The notes beneath the pieces are model-generated. The model made no database searches, was not told the origin of the DNA, and saw nothing but the letters and a program-made list of their open reading frames with translations. The position numbers and the translations under genes are program-made. Shown here piece by piece: positions 37,976 through 47,634 of a stretch of DNA of 64,000 bases (the stretch's first letter is position 1; the number at the start of each line of letters is the position of its first letter). Origin of the DNA: an uncultured Bacteroidota bacterium (GTDB taxonomy: Bacteria; Bacteroidota; Bacteroidia; Bacteroidales; GCA-2748055); the NCBI GenBank assembly GCA_963783435.1, contig CAWANQ010000011.1, positions 12,808-76,807 on the forward strand. The letters are read 5' to 3'.

Positions 37976-38015
37976 AATAACCCTTTTTGCGCAGACATGC
38001 GCAAAAGGGGTTATT
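37976..38015. repeat. second AATAACCC...GGGTTATT hairpin
   Basis: aataaccctttttgcgc-agacat-gcgcaaaaggggttatt forms a 16-17 bp stem with one bulge. It has the same terminal octamers as the terminator hairpin 80 nt upstream. Confidence 0.7.
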
Positions 38016-38048
38016 CATTGTTTTGTAGGTCCTCCCTCAAAGGGATCA

Positions 38049-38121
38049 AGAGCGAAGCGAATAATCCCATTGGGAGAGCGAAGCGAATAATCCCATTGGG
38101 AGAGCGAAGCGAATAATCCCC
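38049..38121. repeat. 26-nt tandem repeat x2.8 (agagcgaagcgaataatcccattggg)
   Basis: There are two perfect copies (38049-38074 and 38075-38100) and a third truncated copy. Confidence 0.9.
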
Positions 38122-38184
38122 CAAAGGCTCACCCCCGGGCATTTAAAATTGTATTAAATTTGAATAGATATCGTTCAGACCAGC

Positions 38185-38844
38185 ATGGAAGCAAAGCTTA
38201 AGACCACCTCCATTGTCCTGCTCATTATGACCACTATCTGGGTCGTACTCACTGTAATTTCCATGTCTGGAACAGATCCTGGGTGGAGCGATGGGGATTA
38301 CGTGGTGTGGGTGGCGGATCCCGATATTTATTTCACCTTGAACTACATCAATGTCACCCTTCTCACGCTTATTGTAATGCTCCTCTATCTCTACCTGTTC
38401 AATTATTTGAAAGCATTAAACAGGAGACTGGCTCTTGCAGTCTTGCTGCTGGTTCCCGTCTACGGGGCTCTCAATCTTTTCAGTTATTCAATCCAGATTT
38501 TTCTGGTCCCGGGTCTGGCTCGTGCAGCTTTGGAACAGCAGGGAGATCTTACACATGTCTCCTCACTGGTGCAGGCAAACAGCAATTCACTGGTGGGACT
38601 GCTGAACGGTATCGCTTATGCGGTGCTCGGAATTCCGTCCATCGTTTATGGATTTCTGCTTTTCAGGAGTTTTCGGAAGTATTCAGGTATATTCCTTCTC
38701 CTGAACGGTCTACTTTGCCTGCTAGGATTGCTGGGTTACCTGACTGATCTATCACTCTTGTCCATGGGGGTTATGGTGGGAGGGATCTTTTTCCTGATCA
38801 GTCTTCTTTTTATGACCATAGAATTCAAAAGGAACTTACCATGA
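38185..38844 (+). CDS. hypothetical polytopic membrane protein
   Basis: 219 aa and about 6 hydrophobic helices. Its stop overlaps the next start (ATGA). Confidence 0.65.
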   Translation: MEAKLKTTSIVLLIMTTIWVVLTVISMSGTDPGWSDGDYVVWVADPDIYFTLNYINVTLLTLIVMLLYLYLFNYLKALNRRLALAVLLLVPVYGALNLFSYSIQIFLVPGLARAALEQQGDLTHVSSLVQANSNSLVGLLNGIAYAVLGIPSIVYGFLLFRSFRKYSGIFLLLNGLLCLLGLLGYLTDLSLLSMGVMVGGIFFLISLLFMTIEFKRNLP

Positions 38845-40958
38845 AAATCAAGCCAGGTCTTCTGTGGGCCTTCATCATACTTTCCATGGTACTGTCCGGT
38901 TGCAGGGAAAGAGATATGGACAATAATGAGGCAGTGCATCCGCTGCAAAATCGGGCTCCGCTGATAGCCAAGCCTTATATGGAATTGCCATTGGGTTCTG
39001 TCAAACCTGAAGGCTGGATTTTGCAACAGCTTCAGATCATGAAAACTGGAATGACCGGTCACCTGGATGAGTGGTATCCTTCGGTAGTAGGTGAACGCAA
39101 CGGTTGGCTGGGAGGTGATGGCGATGGATGGGAAAGGGGACCCTACTGGTTGGACGGACTTGTTCCCCTGGCCTGGCTACTGGATGATAAGGAGTTGAAG
39201 GCCAAGGTTATGCCATGGATCGAGTGGGCGCTTAGCAGTCAAACCGAGGAGGGCTATTTTGGCCCTGTACCCTTCAGTGAGGAGCCTGAGCCTGAAGCCG
39301 GATTGCAAAAATCCAGGCGGAGGGATTGGTGGCCAAAAATGGTTATGCTGAAGGTATTGCAACAATATTTTGAGGTCTCCTCAGATGAAAGGGTGATCGA
39401 CCTGATGCTGAATTATTTTCGATATCAGCTAGAGGAACTTCCCCTTACTCCCCTTGACCACTGGTCATTCTGGGCCAACAGAAGAGGAGGGGACAACCTC
39501 ATGCTGGTTTACTGGCTCTACAACCAGACTGGAGAAGCCTTCCTGCTCGACCTGGCGGATCTGATCCATGAACAGACATTTCCGTGGACCACAATTTTCC
39601 TGAATGATGATTGTTACGAAGGTGGCAGTCTGGATCACCTTTATCCTTATAATACTGATAACAAGTATCCTTTTGATCAGGAGCTCATTGAGCGCCTTTG
39701 CCTCAAACAACTGCAAAGTTTTCATTGTGTGAACCTGGCTCAGGGAATCAAAGAGCCGATCATCCGCTTTCAGCAGGATAAGGATCCACTCCATCTGGAT
39801 GGGGTGAAAAAAGCATTCTCCGATTTGCGGACCTTTCATGGACAACCTCAGGGCATGTATGGAGGAGATGAACCCATGCATGGAAATGATCCTACGCAGG
39901 GCATCGAGCTGTGCTCGGTGGTGGAACTCATGTATTCGCTGGAGAAAATGTTAGCCATTACTGGAGATCCGGACCTGATGGATCACCTTGAAAAGATCGC
40001 ATACAATGCACTTCCGGCCCAGATCACCAGCGATTTTTCCTCAAGGCAGTATTTTCAGCAGGCAAACCAGGTGATGCTCACAAGGCACCGGCATAATTTC
40101 TACGAGGAGGATCATCATGGGCATACGGATCTCTGTTTTGGACTTCTGACGGGCTATCCCTGTTGCACATGTAACATGCATCAGGGCTGGCCGAAATTGG
40201 TGTCCCACCTCTGGTATGCTTCCTCTGATGGTGGAGTGGCATCGATTATGTATGCCCCCTGCGAGCTAAGCCATCAATTGGCCCAGGGTGAAGAGCTAAG
40301 CATTCGGGAGGAGACTAACTATCCTTTTGAAGATCGCATACGTTTCCATATTTCCACTTCCAGTCCGGTGCAGTTTCCGCTGCACCTCAGGATACCGGGA
40401 TGGTGCAGTCAGCCCGGAATTAGTATCAACGGGGAGACCATTGATTTTGAGATGGGAAAAGGGATGGTGGTACTTGACCGCACCTGGAAGGAGGGAGACC
40501 TGGTTCAGCTAGTCCTGCCCATGGAGGTAAAACTGAGCAGATGGGTGGAAAACTCAGTATCGGTGGCACGCGGCCCACTGGTATATGTGCTGGGGATTGA
40601 GGGTTTGCTATGTGAAGTGGAGAATGGTGATCGCTGGGGCAATTTCAGTGAATTGAGACCTGCCGGAGCATGGAACTACGGACTGCTGGAGTCAGCAGTC
40701 AATCAACCAGAATCGGGTTTTGACTTTGTGAAGATGAACCGGGGTGACACATACCCTTGGACCATGGAAGCTACGCCGCTAACGCTTCAAACCAGGGGGA
40801 AGATCATTCCGGATTGGATCCTTCACAGGGAGATGGCGGGTCCGCTTCCACATAGCCTGCCTTTGAAGCACCTGGAGCAATCACCCCACGACGAGATTAC
40901 CTTGATTCCTTATGGTTGCTCTAAACTGAGGATTACAGAGTTCCCGGTAGTTCGATAA
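38841..40958 (+). CDS. glycoside hydrolase family 127-like protein (DUF1680, beta-L-arabinofuranosidase family)
   Basis: 705 aa with a lipoprotein signal LSGC. The GH127-type Cys cluster is GYPCCTCNMHQGWPK, with an upstream IELCSVVE. Confidence 0.75.
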   Translation: MKIKPGLLWAFIILSMVLSGCRERDMDNNEAVHPLQNRAPLIAKPYMELPLGSVKPEGWILQQLQIMKTGMTGHLDEWYPSVVGERNGWLGGDGDGWERGPYWLDGLVPLAWLLDDKELKAKVMPWIEWALSSQTEEGYFGPVPFSEEPEPEAGLQKSRRRDWWPKMVMLKVLQQYFEVSSDERVIDLMLNYFRYQLEELPLTPLDHWSFWANRRGGDNLMLVYWLYNQTGEAFLLDLADLIHEQTFPWTTIFLNDDCYEGGSLDHLYPYNTDNKYPFDQELIERLCLKQLQSFHCVNLAQGIKEPIIRFQQDKDPLHLDGVKKAFSDLRTFHGQPQGMYGGDEPMHGNDPTQGIELCSVVELMYSLEKMLAITGDPDLMDHLEKIAYNALPAQITSDFSSRQYFQQANQVMLTRHRHNFYEEDHHGHTDLCFGLLTGYPCCTCNMHQGWPKLVSHLWYASSDGGVASIMYAPCELSHQLAQGEELSIREETNYPFEDRIRFHISTSSPVQFPLHLRIPGWCSQPGISINGETIDFEMGKGMVVLDRTWKEGDLVQLVLPMEVKLSRWVENSVSVARGPLVYVLGIEGLLCEVENGDRWGNFSELRPAGAWNYGLLESAVNQPESGFDFVKMNRGDTYPWTMEATPLTLQTRGKIIPDWILHREMAGPLPHSLPLKHLEQSPHDEITLIPYGCSKLRITEFPVVR

Positions 40959-41111
40959 GCAAGTGGGGTGATCACAACGGGACCATCTAAATCGGAGATA
41001 AACATATTCTGCTCAAATTTGTTTGTATTTGAAAGTTGGCTGTGCTAACTTGTTAAAAATGCCACAGATACATTAAAAGCATAATTGACATATCTATCCA
41101 AAAATTTAATC

Positions 41112-41741
41112 ATGAAACAAAAGCTTACTTTTCTACTCATCCTGCTCGCCATTGGAATAACAAAAGTAAATGCACAGGAGGTTCCTGCCACGGACACCAT
41201 TCCACAGGATAGTGTTATTACAGCGCAACCTGTTGTGGCGGAGGCAGCTCCAGCACCAGCTCCGGTACCAGCGCCAAAAAAGAAAAAATCAGTAAAGGAT
41301 AAACTCTATTTCGGCGGTTATCTAAACCTTTCATTGGGTAGTTATACCATGATTGGAATTGAACCCATGGTTGGATATAACATTATTCCCAGATTGTCGG
41401 TCGGTGCCAAAATCAGGTATGACTATATCCAGGACAAAAGGTATTCACAGACCTATACTTCTTCAAATTATGGAGCCAGTATCTTTACCCGCTTAAAGGT
41501 ATTCCGAGGCCTTTATGCACATGCAGAATATGCCGGGTATAATTACGAATACTACAATGCATTTGAAGAATCCAATCGAGAATGGATCCCATTCTTATTT
41601 GTGGGCGCAGGATATACTCTGAGGGTAGGTAAGCGAAGTTCTGTGATGGCGCAGGTGTTATTTGATGTACTGCAAAACGAGAAGTCTCCCTACAAAAGCT
41701 GGGAACCATTCTACAGTGTGGGTATTGGAGTAGGCTTTTAG
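41112..41741 (+). CDS. outer-membrane beta-barrel (porin-family) protein
   Basis: The signal peptide is MKQKLTFLLILLAIGITKVNAQ. An Ala/Pro linker follows, then alternating beta-strand pattern ending ...VGIGVGF. Confidence 0.7.
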   Translation: MKQKLTFLLILLAIGITKVNAQEVPATDTIPQDSVITAQPVVAEAAPAPAPVPAPKKKKSVKDKLYFGGYLNLSLGSYTMIGIEPMVGYNIIPRLSVGAKIRYDYIQDKRYSQTYTSSNYGASIFTRLKVFRGLYAHAEYAGYNYEYYNAFEESNREWIPFLFVGAGYTLRVGKRSSVMAQVLFDVLQNEKSPYKSWEPFYSVGIGVGF

Positions 41742-41886
41742 TCTGGCAGCTACCTGCCGTTCTGCTGACTAAGAAACCGTCTAAATAAACCACTTTTTTC
41801 GTCATCCTTTTATTGAAGAGGGGTGAGGCTCTATTTTCTTATTATTTTAGCGCCTTAATTTGAAATTAACCTCTACACCCCATCTC

Positions 41887-43542
41887 ATGAAAAAAGTATG
41901 CTTACTTATTGCCATTGTTGCGATTAGCTCATCCATAAATTCAGGATATTCCCAGGATGCAAAGGACCTTGGTCTTAATGCAATTACCAAATCTGCCGTC
42001 AAGGGTCAGCTGGAATTTCTGGCTTCTGACTGGACCGAGGGAAGATCCACAGGCCAACCAGGTGCCTACATGGCAGCAGATTATATAGCCAGCCTGTTTA
42101 AGGTGTACGGACTTGAACCTGCCGGTGATATGGCATCCACTCGTGTTAGCCGGGCAGATCGGATGCAGGGCAAGAGGCCTGAATCATACCGCACCTTTTA
42201 CCAGAGTTTCAATTTAATTGAGTACAAATCGGGCGAAAATCAGAAGTTGTCCCTTGTGAATAAGAGTAGTGAAGGATCCCGAACCGTAAATTTTGTCTAT
42301 CAAACCGACTTCTCGGTACGAACCTCTGATGTGGCCATTGAAGTGGAGATGCCGGTTGTATTTGTGGGTTATGGATATAGCGATGAAGAAGCGGGATATG
42401 ATGATTTTAAGGGATTGGATGTAAAAGGGAAGATCATTCTCCGCCTGAGCGGATATCCCGGACATGAGGATAAAGATTCAAAGGCTTATGAGAAGATTGG
42501 CAATAAGAGTCGCTGGGCTCTATATCGGGAGAAGAGCAAGATTGCTTCCGATCTGGGAGTGGCTGCGATCATAGACGTGGATCAGGGCAGTGATGTTGCA
42601 GAATACTGGGCAGATAACCTACCATTCAGGTATAACAGCGGCAACTACGAGGGAGATGTTCCCAGGGCCTCCTATTACGATACCAGGATGAAGCTTCCGG
42701 GAGATAAGATTTCTGGAGAACCAACCCGTATTTCTGTGTCAGACCGGGTTCTGAATGTTTTGTTGGAGGGGACGGATATTGACCTCGAGAAGTTTGAAGA
42801 AGATGCAAAAAACACCCTTAAAGCAGCCTCAAAGCAATTGCCGGGTAAGATCTTAAAAATAAAAACTTCGGTGGACTCAAAGATTATCAGGGCCCGCAAT
42901 GTGGTGGGAGTTTTACCTGGAAAGGACACCTCTGAAATTATTGTTATTGGCGGACACTATGACCACCTGGGCAAACACGATGGTTGGGTCTGGAACGGGG
43001 CCGATGACAATGGTTCGGGAACTGTGGGTGTCATGACCATAGCCAAGGCATGCATGGCCACAGGAGAGAAGCCCGAGAAGACCATTGTTTTTGCTGCCTG
43101 GACCGGGGAAGAAAAGGGATTGCTGGGATCGGAATATTTTGCCAACCACCCTTACGATGACGCAAAGATGATCTTAAACCTGAATTATGACATGATCTCC
43201 CGCGATAACAAAGACGATACCCTGGGTGTGAAGTGTTCCATGGTCTATACCAAAAAGTACGCTGTGCTTAAGGACCTTACCGTAAAAAACAATGAGGATT
43301 ACGATCTTGGATTGGATGTGAACTTCAAACCATCTTCTTCACCTCGTGGGGGTAGTGACCACACCTCTTTTGCAGAGAAGGATGTGCCTGTTTTCTATTT
43401 TATGGCTGGATTTCCCCCGGAATACCATCAGCCCGGTGATCACCTCAATCTGATCAACTGGGATAAGATGGTTAACATTATTAAGGTAGGTTACCTGAAT
43501 ATATGGGACCTGGCCAATCAGGAGTGGGGCGCGGAAGAATAG
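41887..43542 (+). CDS. M28 family metallopeptidase with PA domain
   Basis: Motifs are VIGGHYDHLG, ADDNGSG, TGEEKGLLGS and GGSDHTSF. The start is set at MKKVCLLIAIVA. Confidence 0.85.
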   Translation: MKKVCLLIAIVAISSSINSGYSQDAKDLGLNAITKSAVKGQLEFLASDWTEGRSTGQPGAYMAADYIASLFKVYGLEPAGDMASTRVSRADRMQGKRPESYRTFYQSFNLIEYKSGENQKLSLVNKSSEGSRTVNFVYQTDFSVRTSDVAIEVEMPVVFVGYGYSDEEAGYDDFKGLDVKGKIILRLSGYPGHEDKDSKAYEKIGNKSRWALYREKSKIASDLGVAAIIDVDQGSDVAEYWADNLPFRYNSGNYEGDVPRASYYDTRMKLPGDKISGEPTRISVSDRVLNVLLEGTDIDLEKFEEDAKNTLKAASKQLPGKILKIKTSVDSKIIRARNVVGVLPGKDTSEIIVIGGHYDHLGKHDGWVWNGADDNGSGTVGVMTIAKACMATGEKPEKTIVFAAWTGEEKGLLGSEYFANHPYDDAKMILNLNYDMISRDNKDDTLGVKCSMVYTKKYAVLKDLTVKNNEDYDLGLDVNFKPSSSPRGGSDHTSFAEKDVPVFYFMAGFPPEYHQPGDHLNLINWDKMVNIIKVGYLNIWDLANQEWGAEE

Positions 43543-43555
43543 GACTGGGGTTCTC

Positions 43556-44923
43556 CTATCTCTTAAATACAATACGCATACGGATCCAGTCATCTGTGGG
43601 TCCGTTCTCATTGCTAGCCGGATTCCAGGCTGGGCCTTCCTTCAGTAAGCGGATGGCTTCTTCAGAGAATGATTCTCCCGGGGAACGCAGTGCTGATACT
43701 TCACTGATTTCACCCAGACTGGTAATTTTAAATTTCAATACCACCACCGCCTTATCAGTTTCGATATCTGCTACAGGGAATTGAATATGCTCTTCAATGT
43801 ACTTTTTGTAGGCTTTATAACCCACCGAGGGTTCTGCCACTGAGTAGTCTGGGATCCCCTCATTTTCATCGCTATTTACCACTTTGGTCGAGCTGACCGG
43901 GGAATGCTCACGCTGTGAAACATGCCCTACAATCAATACTTCTTCAAGAGCGATGGCATCAGGTTGCATAAGGAGCTCCACCTGAGCCCCGTCCGATACC
44001 TGGTATTCCTGTGTCTCCATGCCAATAAAGCTGGCTACAAGTGTCGTAGGACTGTCTTCCTGCACAGCGATGTCGAAGCGTCCCTCCACATCAGTCATAA
44101 CGCCGGAATTTAATGCCCTGTTTTCCACAATGGCTCCGGGTATGGGCCCCTGGTCTTCGGCTGATATTACCACCCCTGAGACCTGACCGGTGAGCCTTTT
44201 TTCCAAATCTATCTGTTCAGCTGCCATCCTTGAGCTCTCCTCGGGCGATTGTATCCGAGGTTGTCCCATGGGTTTTTTTTGCCTCCCTGATTTCTGCGTA
44301 GTCCGGGCTGCGCTTTTTTCAACAGCCATGGCCTGTGGCTCGGCTTCCATATGGGTGATCTGGTCTTCTTCCACTGCGTATTCAAATGTTTCGGCCTCAG
44401 CTTGCTCAGCGACCTGTACCTCCACAATTGCAATCGAGGGCTCATCCTTCGGCTTCCCTTCTGCTACTGCTCTGTTGGGCTCAATCTCTTTCAATGGAGC
44501 TTTCTCGGGCAGCTCCTGAACTTTTTCTTGCGTGGGGGAAAGTAGTTCTTCGGCTTCTGCCTCAGGAGGACCAGGATCAAAAAAATCTTCTGTGTAGACC
44601 TGTTTCTCATCAGGGCTGGGGTTAAAGTTTTGGATCTTCAGAAACACAGTGCCTACAATTAACAGGGAGGCGACCGTAGCTGCTACGCTGTAGAAGGCTA
44701 CCCTCCGTCTTCTTGAAAGTCGTTTTCTCAGCCTGTTGTGCAGGTATAAGATATCCTGCTCAGTCTGCTCGTTTTCAAGTGTTTCCAGCCCTTCCATGGC
44801 CTCCTGCTCAAATGGATCTGCCTCCAGGCCTTTCTCAAATGCATGGCGCTCCTGCCTGGAGAGTTCTCCTTTCAGGTATTGCAAATAGTCATTTGCGCTT
44901 CTATGTTTATTCTTCCCGGACAT
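43556..44923 (-). CDS. anti-sigma factor-like membrane protein with CarboxypepD_reg and TonB-C-terminal domains
   Basis: 455 aa. The N-terminal cytoplasmic region is followed by a single TM helix (VAFYSVAATVASLLIVGTVFL) and an acidic linker. Then come GVVISAEDQGPIPGAIV and a TonB_C-like end. Confidence 0.65.
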   Translation of the reverse strand: MSGKNKHRSANDYLQYLKGELSRQERHAFEKGLEADPFEQEAMEGLETLENEQTEQDILYLHNRLRKRLSRRRRVAFYSVAATVASLLIVGTVFLKIQNFNPSPDEKQVYTEDFFDPGPPEAEAEELLSPTQEKVQELPEKAPLKEIEPNRAVAEGKPKDEPSIAIVEVQVAEQAEAETFEYAVEEDQITHMEAEPQAMAVEKSAARTTQKSGRQKKPMGQPRIQSPEESSRMAAEQIDLEKRLTGQVSGVVISAEDQGPIPGAIVENRALNSGVMTDVEGRFDIAVQEDSPTTLVASFIGMETQEYQVSDGAQVELLMQPDAIALEEVLIVGHVSQREHSPVSSTKVVNSDENEGIPDYSVAEPSVGYKAYKKYIEEHIQFPVADIETDKAVVVLKFKITSLGEISEVSALRSPGESFSEEAIRLLKEGPAWNPASNENGPTDDWIRMRIVFKR

Positions 44924-45494
44924 TTTTTCCTTCCAAACAAATTTTCAAATTCCGCTTTCCATTTTGCAGATAGCTCTTGACTTTTTTCTCTTCCATGTTG
45001 AGCTTCTCAGCAACTTCCTGGTAACACAGTTTCTTATAATAGAACAATTCAATACACTGTTTCTGTTCAGACTTCAATTTTTCAATGCAATCCTTAAGGG
45101 CGTCGCCTATGAATTCCTCTTCTCTGTCTATGGGATGCATATTGTATTCAGATTCCATAAATTCTTGCTCAGTTTTTAAACCTTCCAGCCTGCGATTTTT
45201 ACTTTTCTTTGAGCGAATCTCCATCAGACAGTGGTTTTTTGTGAGCACATATAGCCAGCTTTTAAAATTCTGAACCTCATGCTTTGGCAGGTCGGCGACC
45301 AATTTTTCAAAGATATTCATCACAGCATCCTGCGCTTCATCGCGATCCTTGAAATACTTGAGAGAGACCCCATAAACCAGGTGCATGTAGCGGGAAAAAA
45401 GTTCACCCAGCACATCCAGGTTGACAGATTTTTGAAATTGCAGGAGCAATTCCTTATCTGATTTTTCCTTGTGCTTTCCGCTAATTTCAAGCAT
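44907..45494 (-). CDS. ECF-type RNA polymerase sigma-70 family factor
   Basis: 195 aa with sigma region 2 (FSRYMHLVYGVSLKYFKDRDEAQD) and region 4 (YQEVAEKLNMEEKKVKSYLQNGKRNL). It overlaps the anti-sigma start by 17 nt. Confidence 0.85.
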   Translation of the reverse strand: MLEISGKHKEKSDKELLLQFQKSVNLDVLGELFSRYMHLVYGVSLKYFKDRDEAQDAVMNIFEKLVADLPKHEVQNFKSWLYVLTKNHCLMEIRSKKSKNRRLEGLKTEQEFMESEYNMHPIDREEEFIGDALKDCIEKLKSEQKQCIELFYYKKLCYQEVAEKLNMEEKKVKSYLQNGKRNLKICLEGKNVREE

Positions 45495-45601
45495 ATCCCG
45501 GGGAGTGGTGACAGATAAAAGTAAAAAAAATGTGGAAATTTTTATGGAATAGATGTGAACCTGTCATCCTATGGTTGAAGTCAAACTTAAAAATAGAAAT
45601 C

Positions 45602-47542
45602 ATGAAAGCAATAATCTCAATCGGAATCGTACTGTTTTTATCCGCATTTAGTCTGGCCCCAATGCAGAACCGAATAATCAGTGGAATCGTATCTGATGAA
45701 CACGGAAATCTGCTCGTTGGCGTCAATGTGATAGAAAAGGGAACCCACAATGGCACTGTAACTGATATGAATGGTGCTTATCAAATCTCTGTAAGTCAAA
45801 ATGCAAAGTACCTGGTCTTCTCGCATATAGGCAAGGAAACCAGAGATATAAAGCTGGGAAGTAAGCTTCAAATCAATGTAGTCCTTAAAACTGCAACCAT
45901 CGCACTTGAGGAGGTGGTAAGCCTGGAATATGAGGCTGATCACATAAGAGTTCATCATCCAACCTCCTCGGTGCATACAAGTTCCATGCAGGGAACCGTG
46001 AACGGTGTTGCCGTCAAGGGAGGCCACAACCGCTATTCCAAGCAGGCACATTATGCTCCTTCATATGCACCCGAGGCAAGATATATTCAGCACAATACGG
46101 AGGGTTACAGTGCCATTCACGAAAATGGATTTAAAGATGTGATGCATCAGCCCCTCTCCACTTTTAGCATCGATGTGGACAAGGCCTCCTATTCCAACAT
46201 GCGAAGGTTTTTGAACATGGGACAACTGCCTCCCAAGGACGCAATAAGGGTAGAGGAGATGATTAACTATTTTAATTATGATTACCCCGAACCTGAGGGA
46301 AAGCATCCCTTTTCTGTTTATACAGAAATCTCGGAGTGTCCCTGGAATGGTTCTCACCAGCTACTCCATGTGGGACTGAAAGGCAAGAGCATTGATAAAT
46401 CGGAGCTACCTCCATCCAACCTGGTATTCTTAATAGATGTGTCGGGTTCCATGGGTGCAGCCAATAAGTTGCCACTACTGAAACAAGCTTTCAGAATGCT
46501 GGTGAATGAATTGAGACCTGAGGACAGGGTGGCCATGGTAGTTTATGCCGGTGCAGCAGGACTGGTTTTGGAATCCACTCCCGGATCGAAGAAGTCTGAA
46601 ATTCTGTCGGCACTGGATCAATTGCAATCCGGGGGATCCACTGCAGGTGGCGCCGGACTGAAGCTGGCCTACAAGGTGGCCCAGGAAAACTTCATCGAAG
46701 ATGGAAACAACCGGATCATTCTGGCTACCGATGGAGATTTCAATGTGGGTTCTTCCAGCAATGCCGAGATGGAGAGAATGATTGAAGTGAAGCGGGAAAA
46801 GGGTGTCTTTATGACCGTTCTTGGATTTGGGATGGGCAACTATAAGGATGATAAAATGGAGATCATTGCAGACAAGGGAAATGGAAATTATGCCTACATC
46901 GATAACATTCAGGAAGCACGCAAGGTATTTATTACCGAGTTTGGAGGCACGCTCTTTACCATTGCCAAGGATGTGAAGTTCCAGATTGAATTCAATCCTG
47001 CCCGAGTCAAAGGATACAGGCTGGTGGGCTATGAGAACCGACTGCTGAATGACGAGGATTTTAATGACGATAAAAAGGATGCAGGCGAGATGGGTGCCGG
47101 TCATACAGTCACGGCCCTTTATGAACTGATCCCTGCCGGATCCGATGAATCACTGAAGAGTATAGATGCATTAAAGTACCAGTCTGATGGGAGCGAGTCC
47201 AAAGCCATGGCAGAGGTAAAAGTCAATCCAAATGCCGAGCTTATGACCGTTAAGCTTCGCTACAAGCAGCCTGATGGAAATAAGTCTACCAAGGTGGAGA
47301 TTCCCGTGAAAGGCAAAGTTCTGGACCTTGAAGATACGTCTGATAACTTCAGATTTTCAGCCTCCATAGCAGAATTCGGACTCATACTCAGGGATTCTGA
47401 ATACCTGGAAGATGGATCCATAAACCAGGTGATTGCCCTTGCAAAAGGGGCGCGTGGAGAGGATGAAGAGGGATATCGCTCGGAATTCCTGAAGCTGGTG
47501 AAGCTAGCTGACACTCTGAAAGACTGGACTGCGGAAAAATAG
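45602..47542 (+). CDS. von Willebrand factor type A domain protein (YfbK-like) with N-terminal CarboxypepD_reg domain
   Basis: The MIDAS motif is LVFLIDVSGSMG, followed by ...ILATDGDFNVG. The start is set at the signal peptide MKAIISIGIVLFLSAFS. Confidence 0.85.
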   Translation: MKAIISIGIVLFLSAFSLAPMQNRIISGIVSDEHGNLLVGVNVIEKGTHNGTVTDMNGAYQISVSQNAKYLVFSHIGKETRDIKLGSKLQINVVLKTATIALEEVVSLEYEADHIRVHHPTSSVHTSSMQGTVNGVAVKGGHNRYSKQAHYAPSYAPEARYIQHNTEGYSAIHENGFKDVMHQPLSTFSIDVDKASYSNMRRFLNMGQLPPKDAIRVEEMINYFNYDYPEPEGKHPFSVYTEISECPWNGSHQLLHVGLKGKSIDKSELPPSNLVFLIDVSGSMGAANKLPLLKQAFRMLVNELRPEDRVAMVVYAGAAGLVLESTPGSKKSEILSALDQLQSGGSTAGGAGLKLAYKVAQENFIEDGNNRIILATDGDFNVGSSSNAEMERMIEVKREKGVFMTVLGFGMGNYKDDKMEIIADKGNGNYAYIDNIQEARKVFITEFGGTLFTIAKDVKFQIEFNPARVKGYRLVGYENRLLNDEDFNDDKKDAGEMGAGHTVTALYELIPAGSDESLKSIDALKYQSDGSESKAMAEVKVNPNAELMTVKLRYKQPDGNKSTKVEIPVKGKVLDLEDTSDNFRFSASIAEFGLILRDSEYLEDGSINQVIALAKGARGEDEEGYRSEFLKLVKLADTLKDWTAEK

Positions 47543-47573
47543 TACTCAGTGGGTAGTGGATAGTACTTAGTTT
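47539..47573 (+). repeat. array D (about 5 heptamers: atagtac tcagtgg gtagtgg atagtac ttagttt)
   Basis: The vWA stop TAG (47540-47542) lies in the first unit. It shares a 15-nt identity (aatagtactcagtgg) with the reverse complement of array B. Confidence 0.85.
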
Positions 47574-47577
47574 TTTA

Positions 47578-47618
47578 ACAAGGAGAGCCGGTCGCATGTG
47601 CGCCGGCTCTCCTTTTTA
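47578..47618. terminator. bidirectional intrinsic terminator between convergent genes
   Basis: ggagagccgg-tcgcatgtgcg-ccggctctcc is flanked by T6 upstream and T5 downstream. Confidence 0.8.
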
Positions 47619-47634
47619 ATCTTGCTTCCAGAGC

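Noticed and set aside
38060-38075. Possible similarity of the 26-nt tandem repeat (gcgaataatccc) to the tRNA-Ser T-arm (ttcgaatccc) as an att remnant
   Set aside because: The match is about 8-9 nt with an indel, within chance expectation. No integrase is nearby.
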